DNA of 64,000 nt from Candidatus Latescibacterota bacterium. GTDB lineage: Bacteria > Latescibacterota > UBA2968. The notes beneath the pieces were generated by a model, which worked only from the letters and a program-made list of their open reading frames with translations, had not been told where the DNA came from and searched no databases. The stretch lies in contig OZ244960.1 of the NCBI GenBank assembly GCA_965222605.1, positions 4,128,001 through 4,192,000 on the forward strand, written 5' to 3'. Each line of letters begins with the position of its first letter. Positions within the stretch are counted from its first letter, which is position 1. A program made the translations under genes and the position numbers. Positions 19,818 through 29,437 of the stretch are shown here, piece after piece.

Positions 19818-21051
19818 TCCGCTTCGGGTCCCGTATGAGGCGCGTATCCGGAAGGCGTATTATCATTTTGCGATGAAGGAAGAGGTGACGGTGTATAAGT
19901 TTCATACGGATACAGGGCTGGTGGGGTTGGCAGAGAATGTGGGGTCGCCGTTTGGTCAGGAGATGCTGGAGACCTATATCGGGACGGATCCATTTGACCA
20001 TGTGATGGGGCAGGGGCGGTTTAATCTGGATATGGCGTGTTATGATTTGATGGGCAAGCACCTGGGGTTGCCAGCGTGGAAGCTGATGGGGCAGCAGGTG
20101 CGTCAGTGGGTGTCTATGGGGTGGTGGATGCCGTGTATGTCGGTGGAGGATACAGCGGTAGAGGTGCAGGTGGCGGCAGAGCGGGGATACCGGGGGTTGA
20201 AGTGCAAGGCACGGGCGTTTTACGATGTGGTGGCATGCGCGCAGGCGATCCAGGATGTAGCGCCAGTAGATTTCCGGGTGGAGTTTGATTTTAACGGGGC
20301 GCTGATTTGTGTGGAGAAAGCGTTGCCAGTGCTGCGGGAGCTGGAGAAGATTCCAGTGGTGAAGGGGGTGGAGGAGCCAATTTTTGCGTATGATATTGAA
20401 GGGTGGCGCAGGCTGCATGAGGCGATTCGGATACCGCTCTATCTGCACGGGGTGCGGGTGCTGTGTGAGGCGGCGTCGCGACAGCCGTCAGGACCGTGGA
20501 TAGGACTTCGAGCGGGCGATTTTGATGGGGCGCTTTGCAGCCACGAGTGTGTGCGGGATGCACTGGCGGCGGCATGGACTTTTGCAGCGGCGAATACGCC
20601 GATTTTGTTGCAGTATGTGGGAACGGGGATTACGACGGCGTTTGCGCTTCAGTTGGGCGCGGTGATGCCGACAGCGACGCTGCCGGGGGTGACGGCAAGC
20701 CATTCTTATGAGGACGATTTGATTGTGGATGCACATCCGGTGCAGCGCGGATTTATGAAGGTTCCAGAAGAATCTGGTCTGGGCGTGGTGCTGGATGAGG
20801 ATGCAGTGTCGAAGTATCGGGATACACCTGCTGAGGAATGGCTCCGGCATGTTTCGGTGGTGACGCTGCCGGGCGATGTCAAACATTATTATCGCAATTT
20901 GCAGCAGGCAGAGCGGCTGATGAAACAGGGAGTGGATGAGTCGTTTGCGCCGGGTGTGCGTCTGGATGAGTGGGAGGACGATGGGAGCGAGGCATTTGAC
21001 AGGTTGTGGACCCAACTGCAAGCGCAGGATGCACCGATTTGGGATGGGTGA
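19786..21051 (+). CDS. Mandelate racemase/muconate lactonizing enzyme family (enolase superfamily)
   Basis: MKITEIEV start, DMACYDLMGK, KxK, DFN, EEP, GLGVVLDEDAV. Confidence 0.88.
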   Translation: MAMKITEIEVIPLRVPYEARIRKAYYHFAMKEEVTVYKFHTDTGLVGLAENVGSPFGQEMLETYIGTDPFDHVMGQGRFNLDMACYDLMGKHLGLPAWKLMGQQVRQWVSMGWWMPCMSVEDTAVEVQVAAERGYRGLKCKARAFYDVVACAQAIQDVAPVDFRVEFDFNGALICVEKALPVLRELEKIPVVKGVEEPIFAYDIEGWRRLHEAIRIPLYLHGVRVLCEAASRQPSGPWIGLRAGDFDGALCSHECVRDALAAAWTFAAANTPILLQYVGTGITTAFALQLGAVMPTATLPGVTASHSYEDDLIVDAHPVQRGFMKVPEESGLGVVLDEDAVSKYRDTPAEEWLRHVSVVTLPGDVKHYYRNLQQAERLMKQGVDESFAPGVRLDEWEDDGSEAFDRLWTQLQAQDAPIWDG

Positions 21052-21053
21052 AG

Positions 21054-22601
21054 ATGAGATGGTTTCTAATAGTATTGTTGCTATGGCCCCTGTGTGGGCA
21101 GGCTGAGGAGAGCAAGGTGATGCAGATTGCGACGACGATTGATTTTGGCAAAGATGTGGGGCAGAACTGGGGTACGTTATTTGAGGTGCGAGATTCAGAG
21201 GGTCGCGTGGTTTTGGGTGCGGGATTTACAGGTGTTTATAATACGGCGTTTCGCATGGATCGATATACGTTGCAGTTTTTTGTGCGGGATGATGAAGCGG
21301 AGATGAATTTTGAGACGTTGCCGCCTTCGACGGAGGATGGGGGGAGTTATTTGTTCGATCTGGATGGCCGGGTGTACGCGTGTAGCTATCACCAGGACCG
21401 GACTGCGAGAGCGTGGGACGATGTAGCAGGTGCCTGGCAGGTGGATGAGCGTTTTGGCGTGGGTGAGATGGTGAGCGGGGAGGGCAAGATGCGGGTTGCC
21501 GGGAAGGTGCTTCAGTTTAAGGGGGGTGAGGCGTGGTATGATGGCGAGCGGGTTCTCGCAAAACCGGTGTCCGGATATTACCATCATTTTTATTACGCGC
21601 TGGGCTATTTGACGTTTTTCTATAAGAACGAAGAGGTGGAACAGCCATATACGAAATTGTACGCGGTGTCCTGGGTGCCGGGAGATGGGGCGGTTGATCT
21701 GGAGAAAGCAGTGGTGCTCGATCTGAAGTACGATCGGGAGACGCCGTTTGCCATTGGGCAACTTGGGAATGAGATTGTAAATTCGTCCAATATGGGCGGG
21801 ATATATGCGTTTGACGGGGTGAGGTGGAAGGTGTTGCGCGCATCATTAGAGGGGGTGAGTTTTCAGCTTTATTCGATGTTGAATTGGTATGATAAGTTGT
21901 TGATGTCGCAGTATCCAACGGGCAATTTGTTTATTTACGATGGGGAGGAGGTTCGCCATCTAAAGGATTGGCCGCCCGTGATGCCGGGTGTGTCGGATAG
22001 GGTGCGAGAGGCGCAAACAACGGGGTTTTACGGTGGGGATCTCTATGTGGGCGTTTGGCCGTGGTCCGAGTTGTGGCGGTACGATGCGCACAGGGATCAC
22101 TGGCAGTTTGTGAAGCGGATGTTCCGGCGTCCGCCAATTACAGATGAGATGAATCACCCGTGGGAAGATCGGGTTGTGGCGTATAATGAAAAATACGATG
22201 GCGATATGGTGATCAATGAGTGGGGGCAGCGCGTGACGGGACTATCTCCGATGGGAGATGCGCTGTATCTTTCCGTGAGTGCTAAAGGGTGTCCCGAGCG
22301 AGATATGCGGCTTGCGTTTTTGCACGATGACGAGGTGTGGGATGAATACCGCGTGGTGCATAGGTTAAAAAAGCCCGGGCATATTTCTGTGCCGGTTGTG
22401 TGGCGCGAAGAGCCAACGATGCTGTTGTTCACGGTTGGCGAGACGGAGATTAGTATCAGGCAGGATGGGAGGCTTTTGGGTTCGGCGCCAGTTCGCCGAG
22501 AACAGGTGGAGCGAGTGGTGAAGGATGCCGAGATTCAGTGGGAATACGGGATGTATGGACCGCTGCGTGTGGGGTTGCAGTCAAAGGAAGTGGAACGGTA
22601 G
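21054..22601 (+). CDS. Hypothetical exported protein, probably beta-rich
   Basis: Signal peptide MRWFLIVLLLWPLCGQA, aromatic beta-strand-like repeats, operon spacing. Confidence 0.7.
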   Translation: MRWFLIVLLLWPLCGQAEESKVMQIATTIDFGKDVGQNWGTLFEVRDSEGRVVLGAGFTGVYNTAFRMDRYTLQFFVRDDEAEMNFETLPPSTEDGGSYLFDLDGRVYACSYHQDRTARAWDDVAGAWQVDERFGVGEMVSGEGKMRVAGKVLQFKGGEAWYDGERVLAKPVSGYYHHFYYALGYLTFFYKNEEVEQPYTKLYAVSWVPGDGAVDLEKAVVLDLKYDRETPFAIGQLGNEIVNSSNMGGIYAFDGVRWKVLRASLEGVSFQLYSMLNWYDKLLMSQYPTGNLFIYDGEEVRHLKDWPPVMPGVSDRVREAQTTGFYGGDLYVGVWPWSELWRYDAHRDHWQFVKRMFRRPPITDEMNHPWEDRVVAYNEKYDGDMVINEWGQRVTGLSPMGDALYLSVSAKGCPERDMRLAFLHDDEVWDEYRVVHRLKKPGHISVPVVWREEPTMLLFTVGETEISIRQDGRLLGSAPVRREQVERVVKDAEIQWEYGMYGPLRVGLQSKEVER

Positions 22602-22666
22602 TTCGTGCGAGGATGGTCAGTCCATGCGGGCTGTTTTGCTCACACAATTTTATCCTGGAGGGACGC

Positions 22667-23716
22667 ATGGCTGTTACACGTGAGGATTTACAGGCTGCTA
22701 TTGATCGGTTTCCGCGTACGGAATTGGCGGATTTGCCGACGCGGTTGAACGATTGTCCGCGATTTTCAGAGGCGCTGGGTGGGAAGGTGCGGGTGATGGT
22801 GAAGCGGGATGATTTAACGGGGTTGGCGTTTGGGGGAAACAAGACGCGAAAGTTTGATCTGGCACTGGGAGATGCGGTGGCTCAAGGGGCTACTGCGATA
22901 ATAACGGGCGCGGCGTCGCAGTCGAACCACGCGCGGCAGGCGGCGGCAGCGGCTGCCAGGCTGGGGATGAAGTGCGTGCTGGTGAACCGACACGATCACC
23001 GGAGCCAAATGGGTATTCAGGGCAATCAGTTGCTGGACAATATTCTGGGCGCAGATGTACGGCTGGTGGTGGATGGCGTGAATCAGAACGAGGTGAAAGA
23101 GCGGGTCGTGGAGGAACTGACGGCGCAGGGAGAGAAGCCCTATCTGATCGGGCGGCGTGCGGTGGTGTTGGGTACGGTGGCTTATGTGGGCTGTGTGCTG
23201 GAGATTGTGGCGCAGCTTGAAGCGATGAACGCACAGGCGAATTTTATCTGTACCGCGTCTGGGCACGGGACACATGCGGGGCTGGCATTGGGCGTGAAAG
23301 CGCTGGGGTTGCCGATTCAGACGCAGGGGTTTTCGCCGAGCAAGGGGGATGAGGCACAGCGGAAGGCGAGGCTGGCGGAGGTGGCTAACGAGGCGGCAGA
23401 GCTTTTGGAACTGGATGTTCGATTGCGGGCAGAGGAGTTGGAAAATACGGATGCGTACGTGGGTGAGAATTATGGCATTGTGACGGAGGCGGGGCTGGAT
23501 GCATTGCATTTGCTGGCGCGGACAGAGGGAATTTTACTCGATCCGGTATATACGAGCAAGGCGATGTCGGGGGTGATTGACCGCATTCGGACAGGAGAAA
23601 TTCCAGAGGGATCTACGGTAGTGTACGTGCATACAGGTGGGAATCCAGCACTGTTCGCGTATGCGCCAGAGTTGATTTCACACGGAGATTATCGGCAAAA
23701 GCTCGTGACGAGTTGA
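22667..23716 (+). CDS. D-cysteine desulfhydrase family PLP enzyme
   Basis: KRDDLTG, GGNKTRK, QSNHAR. DPVYT and HTGG rather than the ACC-deaminase DPVYE and HLGG. Confidence 0.88.
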   Translation: MAVTREDLQAAIDRFPRTELADLPTRLNDCPRFSEALGGKVRVMVKRDDLTGLAFGGNKTRKFDLALGDAVAQGATAIITGAASQSNHARQAAAAAARLGMKCVLVNRHDHRSQMGIQGNQLLDNILGADVRLVVDGVNQNEVKERVVEELTAQGEKPYLIGRRAVVLGTVAYVGCVLEIVAQLEAMNAQANFICTASGHGTHAGLALGVKALGLPIQTQGFSPSKGDEAQRKARLAEVANEAAELLELDVRLRAEELENTDAYVGENYGIVTEAGLDALHLLARTEGILLDPVYTSKAMSGVIDRIRTGEIPEGSTVVYVHTGGNPALFAYAPELISHGDYRQKLVTS

Positions 23717-23741
23717 CGCAGGCATCACCCTTATTTAATCC

Positions 23742-25304
23742 CTATGCCATCTCGCCTTTCAACCGCAGGCCGCGTGATACAAACACGCGCTCAAACAATT
23801 CAAACAGTCCCTGTACAATGAGCGCCAGCAATGCCGCAGGTACAGCCCCTTGCAAAATCAAACCGATATCATCTAACCGAATCCCTGTTAAAATAGGCTG
23901 CCCATATCCCCCAGCGCCAATTAACGCCCCCAAAGTCGCCGTGCCCACATTGATCACAGCCGACGTTTTAATACCCGCCAGAATCGACCGCGAGGCCATC
24001 GGTAATGTTACCAATCGAAGTTGTGCCCCATCGGACAAACCCAATGCTGCAGCTGACTCTCGTATCCCCACTGAAATATCGTGCAATCCCGCGTATGTAT
24101 TTCGCACAATGGGCAGTAAGCTGTAGAAAAACAGCGCCACAATCGCAGGCGCCCCGCCAATCCCCAACAACGGAATCATAAACACCAACAGCGCCAGGGA
24201 TGGAATGGTCTGAATAATGCCCACCAATCCCAAAATAACTTGTCCACCTCTTACCCACCGGAATGCCACAATCCCCAGGGGAATCGCCACCACAATCGCC
24301 CCCAAAAGAGAAATCCCTACCAGTGTCAAATGATCCCACGTATGCCGCCAGAATCGAGTGCCAGCAGTCTCTTTTTTTATTTTGACCTGTACATTGAGAT
24401 TCTCAGCCAAAAAATCAGCCGCAACCTGAGCTTCTGGCTTTTTCTCCAACTTGACCTGTGCATTCATGACCATCATTTTTTTTTCTGAAATCAGCCCCTC
24501 TAATTTTAAAATTTCCCTCACCACTTGAGGCGCTCGATCTATCAAATCTACCCGATAGATAATGACGGCATTATAAATGGGGAAATGCTGCAAGTCATCG
24601 ACCAGCGACCGCAACCCGTAATACTGAATATCGGCATCTGTCGAATACATATCCATCACGTCAATTGTGCCACTCTCCAACCCGCGATAGGCCAAATCGT
24701 GATCCAATCCACTCACATTCTGATGCGGGAGCACATACCGGTTTCGCAAACTCGGCCACCCATCTCCTCTATCCATAAACTCATTGCCGAATCCCAACTT
24801 CAAATCTGGATGCTTCTTTAAATCCGAAATCGTCCGAATCCCCAGCGCTTCAGCCCTTGTTTCCACCATGCCCAGTACGTATGTATTGTTAAATCCCAAA
24901 GGCCGACTCATCACAAGGTCCATCTCTGCCAGCCGAGCGCGAATATCCGCTTCATCACTCAAATTTTCTCCCGCCAAAATTTCCCGACTCAGGGTACCTG
25001 TGTAATCCGGATAAAGATCAACCTCGCCCTTAATCAATGCATTCCACAACACCCGCGTCCCTCCCAACTCACGCCGATGCATAACCGATGCGTTTACACT
25101 GCGCCCGATATGAGACAGCACCTCACCCAAAACGACTGACTCAGTAAACTTCTTTGACCCCACAACAATCTCTTGTGCCTGGGCTGATGCGCAGAACAAA
25201 CAGCAAAATAGAATATGAGTGAAGCCCCTCGTCCACAGGGCGGTGAACTTCACTGACGTTGTGGTATTGGGCGCCGATAGATTGCGCCCGTGCGTGCGCG
25301 TCAT
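23742..25304 (-). CDS. Osmoprotectant (glycine betaine-type) ABC transporter, fused substrate-binding protein and permease
   Basis: VGSKKFTE, YPDYTGT, FNNTY, QTIPSLALL, GAGGYG. True start may lie further downstream. Confidence 0.9.
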   Translation of the reverse strand: MTRTHGRNLSAPNTTTSVKFTALWTRGFTHILFCCLFCASAQAQEIVVGSKKFTESVVLGEVLSHIGRSVNASVMHRRELGGTRVLWNALIKGEVDLYPDYTGTLSREILAGENLSDEADIRARLAEMDLVMSRPLGFNNTYVLGMVETRAEALGIRTISDLKKHPDLKLGFGNEFMDRGDGWPSLRNRYVLPHQNVSGLDHDLAYRGLESGTIDVMDMYSTDADIQYYGLRSLVDDLQHFPIYNAVIIYRVDLIDRAPQVVREILKLEGLISEKKMMVMNAQVKLEKKPEAQVAADFLAENLNVQVKIKKETAGTRFWRHTWDHLTLVGISLLGAIVVAIPLGIVAFRWVRGGQVILGLVGIIQTIPSLALLVFMIPLLGIGGAPAIVALFFYSLLPIVRNTYAGLHDISVGIRESAAALGLSDGAQLRLVTLPMASRSILAGIKTSAVINVGTATLGALIGAGGYGQPILTGIRLDDIGLILQGAVPAALLALIVQGLFELFERVFVSRGLRLKGEMA

Positions 25305-26059
25305 TTCGCTATGTCTCCCCGCGCCATACTTTCCAACGGACTTCTCTGCGCATGAATAAATTGCGTCACAAATTCATGTGCCGGGTTCTGTATCAAATTT
25401 TCCAAGCTTCCAATCTGAACGATCTCCCCTTCCCGCATCAACACAATCTGATCCCCGAAAAATCCCGCCTCGCCCATATCGTGTGTCACCGTCACTACTG
25501 TCTTACCCAACGTCTGAAAAATCGAACGCAAATCCGATTGCAAATCCGCCCGAATCATCGGATCCAGGGCACCGAGCGGTTCGTCTAACAGCAATACGTC
25601 GGGATCCAACATCAATGCCCGCATCAACCCCACGCGCTGCTGCTGACCACCTGACAATTCCCCTGGAAATCGCTCCAATCCATCTGCTGGAAAATGTGTT
25701 AAAGTTGCCAATGTCTCGATCCGAGAATCGATTCGATCCTCCGCCCAACCCAGATAATTTGCCATCAACGCTACATTTTTTCGCGCCGTTAAATGCGGAA
25801 ACAAGCCCCCCACTTGAATCACATAACCCATCTTCTGCCGCAGCGACAACACATTTGCTGGCGTCAGAACTTGTCCTTCATAAGTCACCGTGCCCTCATC
25901 GGGCCAGACCAGCCCCACCATCAACCGAATCAAGGTTGACTTGCCACACCCACTCGGCCCAATCAACACCGTCGTCTGCTCAGGATGCACTCTCAGGTCA
26001 ACCTCGCACAGCGCATGCAAATCGCCAAACGCTTTCGAAACACCTGTCATCTCAAACAT
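25301..26059 (-). CDS. Osmoprotectant ABC transporter ATP-binding protein
   Basis: GPSGCGKS, LSGGQQQR, LLLDEPLGALDP. Confidence 0.93.
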   Translation of the reverse strand: MFEMTGVSKAFGDLHALCEVDLRVHPEQTTVLIGPSGCGKSTLIRLMVGLVWPDEGTVTYEGQVLTPANVLSLRQKMGYVIQVGGLFPHLTARKNVALMANYLGWAEDRIDSRIETLATLTHFPADGLERFPGELSGGQQQRVGLMRALMLDPDVLLLDEPLGALDPMIRADLQSDLRSIFQTLGKTVVTVTHDMGEAGFFGDQIVLMREGEIVQIGSLENLIQNPAHEFVTQFIHAQRSPLESMARGDIAK

Positions 26060-26117
26060 AATGTCTTCATATCCGTGCTGATCCCAAGTTTTGATGTTTG
26101 CATTCTAGCTATTCTCC

Positions 26118-27149
26118 TCACAGACCCACTGTACTCGATGCGAGCCACAAATTGGGATTTGTTTCCAAAATCAAATCTGCCACTTTTTGCACCGCTTTTT
26201 TTATCCCCCATGTGGGGCGCGGCTGACCAATTGACGCGAGTTTGATCAATAGCTGGTTGTTCTTGCGAAATAAGAGGGATATGCCGAAATACTGGACGAG
26301 TTTTCCTTCGCGCACCATAATTGAGATGAGGCCGTGATTGTCGGGTAATTGGCGGTAGATGTCTGTCATTTTGATCACGACTTGCATATCCCGATGGGTT
26401 TCGCGCCACACTTGATCTGTGGCACGCGCGATAAGCTTCAGAATTTCCTCGCGTTGACATTCGCCTTCTAATATGATATTTGGCATATTTCCGACCTTTT
26501 GAATGCGCGTTTCGACTGATAGCTCTGATTCTCGACGCCAGACAAAATAGTGAATGGGCACGCCCGCATCTTTTGCTTTTTGTTCGTATTTGGTTGGGGT
26601 GCGTCCGGGTAGCTGGTGAACAGATGGCGTTTCGTAAATAGATTGCAAGTGCGATTGTCGCGTCAATATATCGGTGATCCACGTTGCGTAATTTGCGTGA
26701 TCTGTCGCTATGGTTACTGTGCCGCCCGGTTTTAATTGCTCGGCCAGTATTTTTACAAATGCATCCTGGATCAGACGCCGATTGTGGTGTCGCTCTTTGG
26801 GCCATGGATCTGAAAAATTGATCCATACTTCCGATAGGGATTGCGGGACAAATACATGTTGTAATAAATATGCGGCATCGCCCTCTATCGCACGCACATG
26901 ATTTAATTTTAGAGCGTTTAACCGCTTAAATAATCGGCGCATGGATCCCCAGGCGCGCTCGATCCCGATAAAACACGCATCGGAACGCGCTGCTGCCATA
27001 TCGGATAGAAAATGCCCATTGCCAAATCCGATTTCGAGGACGAGGTCGCCCGTCCGATCAAAAATCTGTGGCCAATTTATCGGCCAATCCAGTTGCAGCC
27101 ATGGAACGGTATATTTTTGAATTTCTTTACTCAGCGGTAAAGACATCAT
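26118..27149 (-). CDS. trmB: tRNA (guanine-N7)-methyltransferase with long C-terminal extension
   Basis: LEIGFGNG, NFSDPWPKERHHNRRL, ATD, TKYE. Confidence 0.92.
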   Translation of the reverse strand: MMSLPLSKEIQKYTVPWLQLDWPINWPQIFDRTGDLVLEIGFGNGHFLSDMAAARSDACFIGIERAWGSMRRLFKRLNALKLNHVRAIEGDAAYLLQHVFVPQSLSEVWINFSDPWPKERHHNRRLIQDAFVKILAEQLKPGGTVTIATDHANYATWITDILTRQSHLQSIYETPSVHQLPGRTPTKYEQKAKDAGVPIHYFVWRRESELSVETRIQKVGNMPNIILEGECQREEILKLIARATDQVWRETHRDMQVVIKMTDIYRQLPDNHGLISIMVREGKLVQYFGISLLFRKNNQLLIKLASIGQPRPTWGIKKAVQKVADLILETNPNLWLASSTVGL

Positions 27150-27158
27150 GCGTTTAAC

Positions 27159-27989
27159 TCACCTGCGGATTTCCGTAAACCGCTTGACTTGAGCTGTCAT
27201 AGCCACTTCTGTAGGCAGGCGTTCCATTGAACTGGCGCCGTAGAAGCCATCGACTTCTGGAACTCGTTCGAGGATATAAGAGGCGTCGTCTGGTTCGGCA
27301 ATTGGCCCGCCGTGACAAAGCGTGATTACATCGCCTCGGATTGACTTACAGGCATTGCAAATCGCCTTTACCTCTTCCACACAATCATCGAGCGTTTTTG
27401 CTGTATGCGCGCCAATTGCGCCCTTGGTTGTCAATCCCATATGGGCCACAACGATATCGGCGCCTGCCTCTGTCATGAGCTGGCCTTCTTCGACATTAAA
27501 TGCATAGGGCGTTGTCAGCATGTCCATCTCATGGGCCGCCGCGATCATTTCCACTTCGAGGTGATAGCCCATACCCGTCTCTTCCAGATTGGCGCGAAAT
27601 AATCCGTCAATGAGTCCCACTGTTGGAAAATTTTGAATCCCCGCAAAGCCCAGGTCTCTCAGTTCCTGTAAAAAGTGATCCCGCAACATGAAGGGATCTG
27701 TCCCATTTACTCCGGCGAGTACGGGTGTGTGTGTTACTGCTGTGATGACTTCGTAAGCCATTTCTTTTACTATCTCGTTGGCATTGCCATAAGCCAGTAC
27801 ACCCGAGAGCGATCCTCGCCCCGCCATGCGATAGCGTCCCGAATTGTAAATTACTATTAGATCAATGCCGCCCGCTTCTTCGCATTTCGCCGAGATTCCC
27901 GTGCCAGCACCGCCGCCGATAAGCGGCAGTCCATCTGCGATTTTTTTTCGCAAGCGTTCTAAAATTGATGTTCGGCTCTCTGCTGCCAT
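27159..27989 (-). CDS. Phosphoenolpyruvate hydrolase-like TIM-barrel protein
   Basis: [44 protein letters not shown]. Confidence 0.9.
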   Translation of the reverse strand: MAAESRTSILERLRKKIADGLPLIGGGAGTGISAKCEEAGGIDLIVIYNSGRYRMAGRGSLSGVLAYGNANEIVKEMAYEVITAVTHTPVLAGVNGTDPFMLRDHFLQELRDLGFAGIQNFPTVGLIDGLFRANLEETGMGYHLEVEMIAAAHEMDMLTTPYAFNVEEGQLMTEAGADIVVAHMGLTTKGAIGAHTAKTLDDCVEEVKAICNACKSIRGDVITLCHGGPIAEPDDASYILERVPEVDGFYGASSMERLPTEVAMTAQVKRFTEIRR

Positions 27990-28005
27990 TTTGGTCTCCT
28001 TTCAT

Positions 28006-29211
28006 TTATCTTATCGCCTGGAAACTCGCCACCAGTGCTGCTGCAAATTCCGGATCGTTGATGTTATTCGACAGCCGTTTGATTTGTCGATTTTCCGTTT
28101 GTTCGATTTGTGCTTCTATGGTTTCAAATAATGCCTTATCTGCATCTGGATCGTGAAAGGGTTGTCCTTCGTCATCGATTAGCGATACGCCGTTTTCCGG
28201 AATTAGAATTTGAATTGGCCCTGTTGATCGGTTCAATTTGTTCGCTATCCATTCGGCGAACTGGCGGTTTTCATCCGCTGTTGTTCGCATCAATGTTACC
28301 TGTGCGTTGTGTACGTGGAGCGTGCGGTTTTTAAATTGTTCGGGTACGGTTTCTCTGGCACCAAAATTTACCATGTCGAGTGCGCCCAGGCTCACGACAT
28401 AAGGTATTTCACGTGCGAGAATGCGATCCATTCGCTCAGGTCCAGCGGGAAATACGCCGCCCACCACTTCGTCGGCCACTTCGGTTGTGGTAATATCCAG
28501 AACGCCGTCGATCATTCCACTTTCGACCAGTTTTTCCATTGCCTGTCCACCCGTACCTGTCGCGTGAAATACCAGGCAGTCATATCCGTCCTTTTCCAGT
28601 GCTTCCCGCACCATGGTTACACACGGCGTTGTCACGCCAAACATGGTCATTCCAAGCGTGGGTTTGTCTTCGGCCTCTGCAACAGTATTTACGACCATCC
28701 CTGCTATCGCATGCGCTGCATTGCCCAATACTTGCCGCGATACGCGGTTGATCCCGGCTACATCTACTACTGAATACATCATCGCTATATCACAACACCC
28801 CACATAAGGCTCGGTATTGCCACTGGCGACGGTCGATACCATCACTTTGGGCACGCCAATGGGCAATGCCTGCATCGCTGGCGTAATGAGTGCCGTGCCT
28901 CCGCTGCCTCCAATGCCGATAATACCTGCCACGTTGCCTTCTGCATATTCTTGCAACAAATAGGCGCACAATGCTTCTCCCATCGCTGTGACGGCTTCGC
29001 CCCGGTCCGTATGCCCGATTACTGCGTCCGTTCCTCCCGCGTGACAGGCCGCTACGGTTTCCCGCGATACATCCGGCGCTCCCTGTGCGTCGCTTTGCGT
29101 GCCTACATCTATGACTGTCACCTCTGCGCCCGCGTTTCGGATGCATTCGGCGACATACCCGATTTCTTCACCTTTGGTATCCATTGTCGCAATTGCGTAT
29201 ATACTGCCCAT
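28006..29211 (-). CDS. Tm-1-like ATP-binding domain protein (UPF0261)
   Basis: TMDTKGEE, GGSGGT, TMFGVTTPCV, FHATGTGG, GALDMVNFG, HN. Confidence 0.9.
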   Translation of the reverse strand: MGSIYAIATMDTKGEEIGYVAECIRNAGAEVTVIDVGTQSDAQGAPDVSRETVAACHAGGTDAVIGHTDRGEAVTAMGEALCAYLLQEYAEGNVAGIIGIGGSGGTALITPAMQALPIGVPKVMVSTVASGNTEPYVGCCDIAMMYSVVDVAGINRVSRQVLGNAAHAIAGMVVNTVAEAEDKPTLGMTMFGVTTPCVTMVREALEKDGYDCLVFHATGTGGQAMEKLVESGMIDGVLDITTTEVADEVVGGVFPAGPERMDRILAREIPYVVSLGALDMVNFGARETVPEQFKNRTLHVHNAQVTLMRTTADENRQFAEWIANKLNRSTGPIQILIPENGVSLIDDEGQPFHDPDADKALFETIEAQIEQTENRQIKRLSNNINDPEFAAALVASFQAIR

Positions 29212-29402
29212 TATACTCTCCTTGATTTGATATGTTGATTTTTAGCTAATAGCCCGTAAGTCCCATCGGCTTTAGCGATGGGTCGCATGGCGGAGGGCTT
29301 ACGAATTTATGGAGCGTTGCTTTAGCAGTGGGCATATCGCTAAGCGGCGATATAGATGCGGTACGCCAACCAGATTCTTCCTCTATTCCCCCGAAAAATG
29401 GC

Positions 29403-29431
29403 TTGACATAATATGTTCATAAGTATATATT
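29403..29431 (+). promoter_or_regulatory. Sigma70-type promoter for tnpB, probably leaderless
   Basis: TTGACA-17 nt-TATATT. ATG begins 7 nt after the -10 box and there is no RBS. Confidence 0.65.
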
Positions 29432-29437
29432 TTTATT

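Noticed and set aside
22667-23716. ACC deaminase (acdS) call
   Set aside because: Lacks the diagnostic Glu and Leu residues (has DPVYT and HTGG).
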